64,000 nucleotides of DNA, taken from assembly GCA_951406725.2 (NCBI GenBank), contig OX597815.1, positions 137,144,001 through 137,208,000 on the forward strand. The letters run 5' to 3'. The translations under genes were made by a program, and so were the position numbers. Shown here in pieces: positions 27,480 to 39,300 of the stretch. Within the stretch, counting starts at the first letter, position 1. The number at the start of each line of letters is the position of its first letter. Origin of the DNA: Octopus vulgaris (lineage: Eukaryota). The notes below the pieces were generated by a model, which searched no databases, had not been told where the DNA came from, and saw nothing but the letters and a program-made list of their open reading frames with translations.

Positions 27480-29160
27480 AATAGAAGCAGTACCCATCGA
27501 TTAAATCGACATAAAGGAGAAAGGTGTAATATCAGCCATACACGAAATGAACGTAAACTCTGCAGTCTGACCTGATGGTTTGCCAGTGATTATTTTAAAG
27601 ACATTTAGAAAACCGGGCAAATACTTTTCCAGAACTTCATCGCATGTGGTAAGGTTTCCAAAAGGAAAAAAAGACGGTATAAAATGCTCCATTCATAAAG
27701 GAGGAAGCGGACCAGACACTAAAATTACACACCCGCCTATCCCTAAGTTCACGCTTGAGAAGTCAAGGAACGAATTGTCAGTGGAAAGTTAATTATCTTC
27801 TGGAAGTTAATGACTTCCTCACTAACATGCAGTACTACATTCACCCCAGAAGCTGACTCACATAATTCCTGCAGCATCATAACTAGCAGCTCAAACGTGA
27901 ATGTTATATAGCTCAACTTTGTAAAGGCCTTAATAAAACTGATCACGAAATGATACTTCACAAACAGTGTAGTTCAGAAAACAGAAGAGTTGCAGAACTA
28001 TATTTTATAAGTCCAGCAAGTATATCAAATAGCTGCATCAGAGAATACATTAATTAAAATTAAAGAACCTCAGGGAATTGTACTTGGATTATTGTTATTT
28101 GTGGTCATACAGACAATCACACAACGAACACATTTATGATACAAAAGAAGGCAAGAAGTCAACGATACCATAAATATACACCAAGACTTAAACAAAATAT
28201 ACAATTAGGCTAAACGTATTTCAATGCAAGAAAATTTCAAACACCCCACTATCAGCCCACAAAGATATTCTTTTCTACTCTAGGCCAAGGCTCGAAATTT
28301 GGGGAGAAGGGGTCAGTCGATTAGATCGATCCCAGTACGCAACTGGTACTTAATTTATCGACCAGGAAAGGATGAAAGGCAACTTCGACCTCGGCGGAAT
28401 TTGAACTCAAAACGTAAAGACAGACGAAATACCTACTTCTTTACTACCCAAAAGGGGATAAACACAGAGGTAACAAACAAGGACAGACAAACGGATTAAG
28501 TCGATTATATCGACCCCAGTGCGTAACTGGTACTTATTTAATCGACCGCGAAAGGATGAAAGGCAAAGTCGACCTCGACGGAATTTGAACTCAGAGCGTA
28601 GCGGCAGACGAAATACCTATTTCTTTACTACCCACAAGGAGCTAAACACAGAGAAGACAAACAAGTACAGACAAACGGATTAAGTCGATTACATCGACCC
28701 CAGTGCGTAACTGATACTTATTCAATCGACCCCGAAAGGATGAAAGGCAAAGTCGACCTCGGCGGAATTTGAACTCAGAACGTAGCGGCAAACGAAATGC
28801 CGGTAAGCATTTCGCCCAGCCTGCTAACGTTTCTACCACCTCGCCACCTTAGCCCACAAATATATTGTAATCACAATATACTGGACTGTGTGCTATTGCA
28901 AACTAAGGGCCATTACCAGCGCTTTGCTTGGGGAAATTATTCGCAATGATGAATCATTCCATGCGTATATTGCTAAACTAAAATGTAGGAGCCTCTTGTG
29001 AAACATTTATTTTCAGCGTTCCGTACTACAAATCACAGTTATCGTTACCACATAGTGTATAACTAAAGTTTTAACGTTTAACTTGAAGCACTACAAAGTT
29101 GTGAAACCTTGGATATTGCATCACTATTGGGAGAGACTGAAGAACTGATACTCTACTCCT
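27480..29160 (+). mobile_element. Old CR1-group LINE RT, interrupted by a SINE trimer
   Basis: AIHEMNVNSAV*PDGLPVIILK, IHKGGS, VNVI*LNFVKA, PQGIVLGLLLF, NDESFHAYIAKL, LEALQ, HYWERLK in the expected order. Confidence 0.8.
28270..28850 (-). mobile_element. SINE family 2 concatemer (one head, three bodies, 184-bp period) with 16-bp TSD
   Basis: CA(G/A)ACGAAAT recurs at 28421, 28605, 28789; AGCCCACAAA(G/T)ATATT at 28254-28269 and 28851-28866. Confidence 0.9.
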
Positions 29161-29169
29161 TAAAGTAGA

Positions 29170-29470
29170 CCGACAGACAGACAGACAGGCAGGTAGGCAG
29201 GTAGGCAGGCAGGCAGGTAGGTAGGTAGGTAGGTAGGTAGGTAGGTAGGTAGGTAGGTAGGTAGGTAGGTAGGTATGCGCGCATGTCAGTGTTTGTCGCC
29301 CACAAACGCTTGACGACTGGTATTTGTGTGAACTCGTACATTAGTGGTTTGGCAAAAGAGATCAATAGAATAAGTAAAAGGCTTAAAAAAAACTGGGGTC
29401 GATTCATTCATACGACTAAAAATTCTTCAGGGTTGGACCCCAGTATAGCTACAGTCTAAAGATAAAGATG
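29170..29470 (+). repeat. (GACA)/(GGTA)n microsatellite followed by SINE family 1 3' half
   Basis: Tandem repeats seen directly; similarity to 4255-4440. Confidence 0.7.
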
Positions 29471-30424
29471 AAAATAATCAATGCTTGTATGTATAGAAAA
29501 GTGAAGTTATTTTATTGTACGAATGTTATATACTTGTGTTTTACGGTGGACAACATTTCTTCAAACACGTGTATTTAAACCAAATATGTCATTTATTTAT
29601 CACATTGTTATGGTTTTTACCGGTTTCCTTATTAGTTATATTTCTTATCAACAATACGTTTCCGAAGTATACCAACATTTACCAAGATATGTCCACTGTT
29701 ATTATGTTTTAATTAAAATAACTGCAGTTTTGATTTGTATTGATATTTTATCGTAGTCCACAATCATAGGAACTCTATTGTATCTAATTGTTTTTTATTA
29801 TCACTAAACTTCATAAAAGCTATTTTTATGTAATTATCGTGGGTTAGTTTATTTCAACCAGTAGAAAATCATTCAGAAATTATTTAGACGTAGTGTCTAA
29901 TCTTTTCTATCAGTGTTTAGTGTTCTTGCTCATCTTCATGTTAGCCCTTACTCCTTACTAATCTAAACTTAAAAGACTAACTTCGGCCATTCTACCGCAT
30001 TGTATGCTCAAAGGTACCTCACCCAATATATCTTTCGTTTTTTTTTTTTATGTTTAATACGTTTAAAATATTTAAAATATGAAACGTTTAACTAATATTT
30101 TTAACAGGTCTTAGAGCCACTAGCAGGCTTTTCTTATTGATACGTCTGGCTATTCCACACTTTCTATATATTACATTTTGTAACTTATTTTGGTTTCAAT
30201 GTAATTATATTTCTTTTGCCGTTCTGTAGGGTAAAGTCATAGTTGTCTTGTTCGTCTTTTTAGGCCTTATTCATTAATGAGAATTTTAAAAATTGAACGG
30301 GGAACACGTTTAGCGGAATTTTTCCAGCTCTTTAGGTTCAGATTTCAAATGTCACTAAGATGTTTTTCCAGGTCGATAAAATAAACTACCAGTTGAGGTC
30401 GCTGTAATCGACAATTGTTGTTTA

Positions 30425-30761
30425 AGGATGATGAACAAAACACGCCTGTTTCCAAAGGTGAATTATCCAAACCCCAAAGAATCCCTCTCAACACATGGCT
30501 ATGATACTCCCCCACTACGTCTGCTCATGATCAGTGATGCACATATCGTCAGCCACTAAGGGACATGTTCAGCTTGTTAAAGTCAAATGACTGACAGACA
30601 AATCTGTGGTATTGAGCAGAATATTAGCTGTAGCCCATCTTCTATACCAAGACAAAACAATGTACACGTTAACATTTCCAATCAGTTAAAATTAGAAGCC
30701 ATGAGAGCCAGTGCCTGGAATTGCATAAGGACATTTATCGTTGTTATTATTATTATTATTG

Positions 30762-30806
<45 letters not shown>
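30425..30806 (+). repeat. Probable retroelement 3' end with (ATT)n tail
   Basis: Non-coding segment running into a long (ATT)n array; family not established from this window. Confidence 0.4.
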
Positions 30807-30960
30807 GTCATTTACTTTTAATCTGCATGTTTGATGCAATCACCTGCCGGGGCACACCCAGCGCCCTAGGGCAAGTGAAGGTTAAGAGTTGTTGAAATAT
30901 AGCTGAAAGCTTGGGGAGGGGAAGTAGAGATATATCTCCATGTAATGCAAACACAGACAT

Positions 30961-33493
30961 TTACATTGATAGGGTTTTTCTAAGGATGTGGGCAGTACTT
31001 GTTAGCACAATCTTTTGGATTTCCTTGAGACATGGTTTTCCAGGGATATTGTCTAGGTGTTTCTGACATCCCTTTTTTATCATACCTAGGGCACCTACAA
31101 TAACAGGAACAGTTTTTGTTTTAAGATTCCACATCCTCTGTATTTCGATTTCCAGGTCCTTATATTTACTAAGTTTGTCAAATTCCTTGACAGATACATT
31201 TTTATCAGTGGGGACGCTTACTTCTATTAGTCTGCAGGTATTTTCTTCCCTGTCTTTAACAATTATGTCTGGTCGATTAGCCTTGATCGTTCTGTCAGTG
31301 TTGACTGGAAAATCCCAGAGGATGGTGACATCTTTACCTTCAACAACTGGCTGAGGATGGTGTTCATACCAGTTAGCAGGAGTGTCGGATTTGTAGTGTT
31401 TACATATCTTCCAATGTATATACTGTCCTACCCTATCGTGGCGATTTTTGTATTCGTTTGGTGTCAGCACAGGACATCCCGAAACGAGATGGTCTATCGT
31501 TTCGTCAAATGTGTCGCAGAATCTGCATTTAGGGTCAGTACCGTTTCGGAGAACGTTAGCCTGGTAATTTCTGGTAAACAAGCTTTGATCTTGTGCTGCC
31601 ATTATGAAACCTTCAGTCTCTGCTTTCAATCCAGAGCTCTTCAGCCACTGATGGGTTGTTGCTTGGTCTACATCAGCATTTTGGCTTCGGAGAATATATT
31701 GTCCATGCAGGGGCTTCTGGCTCCACCGCCTCTCAATTTGATTCTGCCCGTTCTTTTTTGCAGTCTGCTTGATTCGCTTTGCTTGCTTGGTAGCAGTGGT
31801 TTCCGGCTCTTCATCTGATTCAAGGTTAATGTCTAGTTCCCTTTCGAACTTATAAGCTTCCTTGACAATAGAATGCAGCTTTTTGTTGCTTTCGTGTTCG
31901 CACACAAGTCGCAGCATCCAGTCCTTTGTACTAGATAGGTACCTGTTCATTCCTACAGTAGAGGTCTTATAGCACAGCTCTAATTGCATCATTCCTCTCC
32001 CCCCGCTGCTTCTAGGTAGGTACAAGCGGTCTACATCTGCCTTAGGGTGGTGCATGCTCTTGGATGTCAGTAACTTTCTTGTCTTCCTGTCTAAGCGTTG
32101 GAGTTCCGTAAGGTTCCAGTTAATGATATTAAAACTGTACTGGACTACTGGAAGTGCCAGGGTGTTAATGGCCTCAATGCAATTTTTGGAGTTGAGTTCA
32201 GTCTTCAGTACAAGCCTTATTCTCCTATAGTATTCCTTTCTTATTTTTTCCTTCATAGTAGCATGATGTATACCATCTCCTTCGTTGATTCCTAGGTATT
32301 TGTAACTTTCCTGTGGGTCAAGTTCCTTGATGGTAGTGTCAATATCTAATTTAACAGAAGCTGTTTGCCTGAGCTTGCCTCTTACAAAAGTTGCTTTAGC
32401 ACACTTATCAAGGCCAAAATCCATTCCGATATCATTGCTAAACTCTTTAACAGTTGTTAGCAGCCCTTCTAGCTCTTGGTCATTCCTGGCAAACAGCTTT
32501 AGGTCGTCCATATAGAAAAGATGGTTTATTAATTTACTAAAAACTTTGTACCCATATCTGGTACTATCCAATTCGTTTGAGAGTGGGATCAGTGCCATGC
32601 AAAAAAGTAATGGAGAGAGGGAGTCACCTTGAAAGATGCCTCGTTTGATGTTGATGCTGTTGGACTGGCTCATCCCATTACTATGGCTTAGAAAGAGACG
32701 TGTGTTCCACATGGTCATGCTATTCTCTAAGAATTTTGAGACGACAGGAGAGATCTTGTATATCTCAAGGGCCTTGAGTATCCATTTATGTGGGACACTG
32801 TCATACGCTTTCCTGTAGTCTATCCATGCCATACTCAGGTTTTTGTTTTTGCTCCGGCAATTCTCTACAATCATTCTGTTTATGAGCAATTGGTCTTTGC
32901 ACCCATAAGAGTTTCTTTTACAACCTTTTTGAGCTTGTGGAAGGATAGAATTTTGTTCAAGGAAAGCGTACATTCTCTCCGTTATTATGGATGTGAGGAT
33001 TTTGTAGGTGGTGTTGAGACATGTTATTGGCCGGTAATTCTTTGGGTTTTTTGTGTCTTCGGTTTTAGGTAATAGGTAGGTGGTTCCTTCAGTCAGCCAA
33101 GCAGGTATTTGCTCTGGGTTCTGAATGACATCAGACAGAGATGCAGCGAGATGTTCGTGTACCTCTGTCAAACAATTCAGCCAGAAGTTAGGGATCCGAT
33201 CCAGTCCTGGGGTTTTCCATTTATGAGCCTTCCTAAGGACACACCTTAGCTCCTCTATTCCTATTGCTTCCCATTTCTGTTCTTCAAGTTCATCCAGTCT
33301 CTCTTTCTCACGTTCTATCCAGTCAGCCTCAACATTAAACTCTTTTTCGTTGCTCCATACCTTCTTCCAGAACTCCTCCACTTCCTCAATCTTAGGTGGA
33401 TCTTCTATGTGTATTTTATTTTTGCCAATTTCCCTATAAAATTTCTTTGCATCTGTCTTAAAAAATTTATTTTGTCGATAAAATTGATTTTTC
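30961..33493 (-). CDS. RT + CCHC + PD-(D/E)xK restriction-like endonuclease (C-terminal part of the Dong/R4 ORF)
   Basis: 806-aa ORF with NYRPITCL, IDYRKAYDSV, GIFQGDSLSPLLF, YMDD, CRFC..H..SGC, RHD, RPDII, IEVSVP, SKYKDL. The frame stays open upstream to about 33493 (KNQFYRQNKFFKTDAKKFYREIGK). Confidence 0.93.
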
Positions 33494-34754
33494 TAGCTTT
33501 TCTCGGCTTAATATTCACTCCTCTAGCAAGCTCATCGAGAACTGAAACATCCGCCCGCAGAGATTCAATCTCTTTTTGTATCGCTACTTTCCACTTAGGA
33601 GGTTCATTGACATGCCTGGCCTTTTTCTTTGTCATCTTAATACCTAGTTGGGTAGTTACTACTTTAGCAGTGGAATAAATGAGATTATTTAAGGTTGTCA
33701 AATCATTCCCCTTATTTCTTAAGATCTGTCCTAGGGCAACGTTATATGTCATGATTGTGTTGTTATTTCTTGTGCCATTTGAAAACTTTGGTAGTGGTTC
33801 TCTATTAACCATGTCAGTGAGCTCAATCTTGCCGAGTTCTCTCATAATGTCCACTTTTGCTTCCATAATCTTTTCTCTATTATTCTCCTCAAATTCTATG
33901 TCATATCTATTTTGGTTTTCTTGAGGAAGGTCTACGTTCTCCTCTTTTTTCAAATCTCTCGTCTTCGCTATTCTTTGTTTAACTTCCCCATTGGGAAGTT
34001 GATTTGCCGCTTGTACACTGGCTTCTGTGCTACTGTTACCTATTTCGTCTACATTGTTGCTGTTTTCTTTTGGTCTACCATGAGCTATCAGTGTCCTAAT
34101 TTTGTCAATTTCAGCGTCAGTTAGTCTTTTGTTTTTAATTATATCTCTGCGTACATTACTTAATTTATTTGCGTCTATATATCTACGTACGTCATTGCCT
34201 ACTGAATTTCTCCATGAGATGTATGTTTGTACACTGAGGTTATTATTTGGGTTTAGTTGGGCTGTATAAAAAGCTTTCAACACATCTCTATAGTCCTCTC
34301 TGGTCCATTTTATACGTTTTGCTTTAGGTGGTGTTTTTGGTGGTGTCACTACAAGTCCAGAGTTAGAAGTATTCTGGTTCTGGTCACCTGGTAGATCGTC
34401 TTTTTGAGAGTTTGTTCCAGCAGCAAACTTTTCGACCCCAGTCTGGTTCCCTACTGGGTAACGCGGTCCTTGTTGTCCCGGGCGATGACCGATCCGGCAT
34501 GATTTTTGGCTTGTTTTCATTAAATGATTGACGGCGACATCAGAGGGGTCCATTTTTTCAGAGTCAACTTTTTGACAAGACGCCGCCTCTGTGACGGTGT
34601 CGTTAGAAGAAGGGAGTGTTTGTACAGGGTCAATTTTTTGACAAGACACCGCTTCTGAATTCTCCGAATTAATATATTGTTCATATCGAACTCGCATAAG
34701 ACTTACAGATCGAAATTCGCCTCTATTTCTTTTGGTAGTCATGTTTCCGGGCAT
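33405..34754 (-). CDS. N-terminal part of the Dong/R4 ORF, out of frame with the RT part
   Basis: 449-aa ORF with KRIKWTREDY (Myb-like), NKLSNVRRDIIKNKRLTDAEI, NNLIYSTA, PPKWK. Confidence 0.8.
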   Translation of the reverse strand: MPGNMTTKRNRGEFRSVSLMRVRYEQYINSENSEAVSCQKIDPVQTLPSSNDTVTEAASCQKVDSEKMDPSDVAVNHLMKTSQKSCRIGHRPGQQGPRYPVGNQTGVEKFAAGTNSQKDDLPGDQNQNTSNSGLVVTPPKTPPKAKRIKWTREDYRDVLKAFYTAQLNPNNNLSVQTYISWRNSVGNDVRRYIDANKLSNVRRDIIKNKRLTDAEIDKIRTLIAHGRPKENSNNVDEIGNSSTEASVQAANQLPNGEVKQRIAKTRDLKKEENVDLPQENQNRYDIEFEENNREKIMEAKVDIMRELGKIELTDMVNREPLPKFSNGTRNNNTIMTYNVALGQILRNKGNDLTTLNNLIYSTAKVVTTQLGIKMTKKKARHVNEPPKWKVAIQKEIESLRADVSVLDELARGVNIKPRKARKINFIDKINFLRQMQRNFIGKLAKIKYT

Positions 34755-35349
34755 AACTGTTCAGTGACTTTCTAAATTCAGTGACCAATTTGCTCTTTTT
34801 TGCGTTTGTTCGTGAAAAATCGCTTTGTTTTTGTTTTGTTTTCGTCCGCGTAACGTGGTTTTTCTTTCTGTGTGTACGTGTGAGCGCGTGTAAGCATTAT
34901 TTATGCTTTATAATTAAAATGTGTACATGTATGCACAAACAGTTGCATGTATACTTTACAATTAAAATGTCTACGTGTATGCATAAACAGTTGCATGTAC
35001 ACTTATTTAATTAATTAATTAATTAATCAATTTATGTACTTACTGTCTTTCAAGAGCTCTGATGTTCGCTTCTATTTCTTATGCATGTCACATGGAATTA
35101 TTATGCATAAAAGAAAGAAAACCATACTATATATGGCAATAATAGTTCGGACTTTTTAGTTACTTTGCTTTAAAAGAAAGTTTGGAAAAGATATTTTGTG
35201 GAACCTTTCTTCCATTGCAACGATGTTGTTGGATTAAATTCGTTTTTTGGAGAGAGGCTCCCAGGGAACATCCATGTTGTTATTCAGCCCGGAGCTCTTA
35301 TTATTATTATTATTATTATTATTGTTATTATTATTATTATTATTATCAT

Positions 35350-36645
35350 CGTTGTCTTTGCACAGCTTCTAACGGTGGAGATGTAGTACGGTGTCAGCTG
35401 TTCACTACCAGCGAACTAAGGTAACACCCCTTATTTTTGGGCACCATCCGAAGTATTCGAGCGGCTCCACCCAGTACCGTTTCTGCAAGTGCTCCATCCT
35501 TATTGCAGCCTCTATTTGTTCCATGTACTTCTCAAGATTTTTACTCACTGTTTCCAGGGCTCCGACAATTATTGGTACTACTACCACCTTTTTCAGCGAC
35601 CACAACCGCTTAATCTCCCAAGCTAACCTGTCATATCTTTCGACTTTTCTTTTTACCTTATCGCATACCTTTTTGTCAGCTGGGCATGCTATATCTATGA
35701 TCCAGCATTGCCTGCTTTCGTTCTCAATTCATACTATGTCTGGCTTCCTATTCTCTATCTCATGGTCACACTGAATCATAAAATCTCATAGGATCTTTGC
35801 GTTATCATTTTCGATTATGCCTTCAGGTTTATGTTCGTACCACTTTTTTCGTCTGTCAAGTCCATATTGTTGCAGGGCCCAATGGACAATCCTTGCAATG
35901 TTGTTATGACGTCTCTTACATTCTTTCTGGGCTAGTGGTGTACATTGACTAGTAATATGCCATTGCATGCACTTATTACTCTCTGATTTGTTGTCTATTC
36001 TGAATTTGATGTAATTCGTTCTTAGTGCTTGCTCTTGGGCAGCACAGATTAGAGTACCCGTTTCCGGTTTTAAATCACCTTTAGTCATCCATAGCCATTT
36101 TGTTTCCCTGTCTTATCTTCTGTGTTATCTTCAACATTTCTATGAAATTGTCCATTCATTCTTTTCTTTATCCACCTATTTTCTGTTTCATTCATTCTCA
36201 AGTCCTTGTGCAGTGTTTTATCTTTGCCATCTTCCAACCTACACAAGCCTGACCTTCTTACTTCCAATAATAGCGGTTCTGTAGCATTAATATACGATGC
36301 TATATTTTTTTCTTCTACTTTAATGCTGTGTTCGCATCTAATCAGTCCTCTTTCCCCTTCTTTGTCTTGCTACATACAGCCTGTCTGTGTCACTTTGGTT
36401 TGGAGTATCCCACAACTAGTCAGCAACTTCGTTGTCTTTCTGTCAAAGTGGTTCGTTTACTGTCCATGCGATTACCCCTACTCCATATCTAAGGAGTGAA
36501 ACCGCCTAGGTGTTGATAGCTTCAATCTTATTCCGTCCGTTTCATTTCGACTCAAGGATCAGTCTCAGTTTGCGCAAGTACTCCACCTTAAATTTTTCTG
36601 TCATTTCTTTCTCCATCAATTTATCCCATTTCCAATATCCCCAAG
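35350..36645 (-). mobile_element. Degenerate 5'-truncated R4-group RLE LINE flanked by (TAA)n
   Basis: GDLKPETGTLICAAQEQALRTNY, RRHNNIARIVHW, WYEHKPEG, KKVVVVPIIVGALETV. Confidence 0.88.
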
Positions 36646-36647
36646 TT

Positions 36648-36704
<57 letters not shown>

Positions 36705-36917
36705 ACCTAATGATAACTAATATTATTAACTAATATTTCTAGTAGGACTTAGAACGACCTGCTGGCTGTTTCTATTGACATGTCTGGTTATTGCGCACTA
36801 TCTATATATTAAATTTTGTAATATATTTTCGTTTCAATGTAATTATATTTCTTTTACAGATGTGTTAAGTTATGATTCACCTGTTTGTCTTTTGGAGCTT
36901 TATTCATTCATGGTTAG

Positions 36918-36991
<74 letters not shown>

Positions 36992-37065
36992 CATTATTAT
37001 CATTATTATTATTATTTTATTATTAATATTATTATTATTATTATTGCTATTATTATTATTATTAT

Positions 37066-37116
<51 letters not shown>

Positions 37117-37170
37117 AAGAAGAAGAAGAAGAAGAAGAAGAAGAAGAAGAAGAAGAAAAAGAAGAAAAAA
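36918..37170. repeat. Compound trinucleotide microsatellite (ATT)n-(AGT)n-(AGA)n
   Basis: Seen directly. Confidence 0.95.
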
Positions 37171-37249
37171 ATATTCGTATTCGGTAATCATTAGGGTTAA
37201 TAATTTCTAATATGTATACAATATATAGGTAAATGACAAAAACTATCAT

Positions 37250-37390
37250 TTAATAGTTCAAAGTGGACTAAACCTTTCATATCCCACCAAAACAGGTAAC
37301 AGCACCTTCTATAGCCTGGTGTTCCGGTATTTCTCCTTTTACAACCCATTGTCTTCGGTGCTTGACATTTTCATAGAGAAGTCATAGTAA
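37250..37390 (-). pseudogene. mariner transposase fragment
   Basis: LYENVKHRRQWVVKGEIP then (frameshift) FWWDMKGLVHFELLN, classic mariner motifs. Confidence 0.8.
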
Positions 37391-37915
37391 GACATAAATT
37401 ATTTAGAGAGTATAGAAGTTTGGTTTTACAATTATACGATTCAGAATATTGGTGCCTGCTTGCAATCCTAGTGTTATTCACGGACTGCAGAAAGTGATGA
37501 TTATTAGTAGATCCGACAGAATTACCCGAATTATCCGGGCTTATGTAAGAGACGGTGGGGTTACCATTACCAGAAACAGCACTACCGTTTCATTAGTGGA
37601 AGTTAAAAGAGTCACCACGACCATTAATAGCTATATAATCTTCATTTACATTAGAATCGATACGAATGTTACCCAGGTTGGTTGCGTCGTTATCTGTGTT
37701 CACATTTATTTTTTCACAGTCATCTCTACCACTGTTATTGCTACACGTTGTATTTAGAGGTTCAAGTAGTCCGCGCACAGACAGTTTCACTGTCACAGTT
37801 GGCCTTATTAAAGTGGCATACGATACAATTGTTGCTACTACTGTCAAGACAGGGAACATATGAGTTGCAATTATTATTATAGTTGTTGGTGTCGTTGTTA
37901 CTAGTCAACACCGCC

Positions 37916-37929
37916 ATTATTCCTATTCC

Positions 37930-38005
<76 letters not shown>

Positions 38006-38006
38006 G

Positions 38007-38095
<89 letters not shown>
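37916..38095. repeat. (ATT)n microsatellite
   Basis: Seen directly. Confidence 0.95.
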
Positions 38096-38639
38096 TTCAT
38101 TGAGTGAGGGAGCAGTGCATGCCATCAAAGTGACACTTCTGTACAAAGAAACGAAGCCCAGTATACACATCCTGACTATCCCTCTGATAAGGGTACACCA
38201 GACACATGCATCACAACCGAGGTCGATGAAATAAGCACCAGTTGAACACTCAGGTCGATGCAATCGACTCATACCTCCCACCCCAAAAAAGATTACTGCC
38301 CTTGTGGCAAAATTTAAAACCATTATTATGATTATTATTATCATTATTATTATTAATATTTCTAGTACAATTATTATTATTAATATTTCTAGTACAATAT
38401 TTGTTCGAGTTGATATTATGGGAAGCTGCATCATAACAGTTATGTTATTTACTGTTTTCATTCTTTTTTTGTTTTGTTCAGAATCTTAGGACACCTGAGA
38501 CTTTTACAATTATTTTTATTATTCCACGTAATTGTATTTTTGAGTGTGTTTATATATTGTTCGTACTACCCTCTTATATGATCTCCCATCTTACTAGTCG
38601 CGGAGAAATAGCTAATGATTTGTTTGTATCCCGCTTTTA

Positions 38640-38905
38640 TTAAGTTTCCCATCAAAGATATTCTCATTAGCACAGAGGTATAATTATTCTATTTGAAAAC
38701 CCGTTTACTGATGAATTTATTACACAAATGGTGTAGTTTTCAAGACGCCTTACATATGTCGTGGTCTCAGCTTTGATTTGAGATCCAAAGTTACGTCTAA
38801 AATGTTCGTAACTTTAAGATTGTATCCAAAAGTAATGTATAGATTATAGGTTTAAACGAATTTCCTTAGTGTCGACCTAGTTTTCTCATTGTATACCTTA
38901 CTTTT
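38640..38905 (-). mobile_element. Penelope-like RT fragment
   Basis: YNLYITFGYNLKVTNILDVTLDL resembles the PLE RT motif L.IT...NLK.VNFLDVTLDL. Confidence 0.65.
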
Positions 38906-38914
38906 TACTAAGGA

Positions 38915-39195
38915 TAATATGCACTTACTAGTGCAGCATATTTTTCTAGGCCAAAAGACGATCATTAATTCTCTTTGGTAAGGAATCTAGCTTATGTCCA
39001 ATATCATTACAAACAGCGAAATCCACACCAGATTCCATTTTTTCTTCCTCAGATTTACCAACACAGAAGGAAGTGTAGTCTCCAAATACTTCATGCAGCT
39101 AACCAGAATCGAGTAGCCTTGTCTCCGTAAAAGCAGCAATACTAATGCTTTTACTTCTCAGAAACCGAGCTATAAACCCATTCTGTCTTGCACTC
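38915..39195 (-). mobile_element. RTE (BovB-like) apurinic endonuclease N-terminal fragment
   Basis: IAAFTETRLLDSG*LHEVFGDYTSFCVGKSEEEKMESGVDFAV...LPKRINDRLL. Confidence 0.8.
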
Positions 39196-39268
39196 AGAAT
39201 GGGTTTTTCTCTTTCTCTCTTTCTTTCTTTCTTTCTTTCTTTCTTCCTCTCTCTCTCTCTCTCTCTCC

Positions 39269-39300
<32 letters not shown>

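Larger units (their letters stand above)
30807..35298 (-). mobile_element. Near-full-length Dong/R4-clade non-LTR retrotransposon in a (TAA)n array
   Basis: About 4.5 kb, (TAA)n on both sides, 5'UTR, N-terminal region, RT, CCHC, RLE, 3'UTR. Confidence 0.92.

Noticed and set aside
28070-28110. Hydrophobic GIVLGLLLFVVI read as a transmembrane helix of a receptor
   Set aside because: It is the decayed PQGTVLGPLLF RT motif of the surrounding CR1 element.
28270-28850. Regularly spaced repeats resembling a CRISPR array
   Set aside because: Whole 184-bp units repeat with no unique spacers; eukaryotic SINE; no cas genes.
31357-34124. Plus-strand ORFs antisense to the Dong element
   Set aside because: Shadow ORFs of a long coding strand with no recognisable motifs.
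35240-35298. HDV-like ribozyme at the extreme 5' end of the Dong element
   Set aside because: A GCTCC/GGAGC stem exists, but the nested double pseudoknot and catalytic J4/2 could not be assigned.
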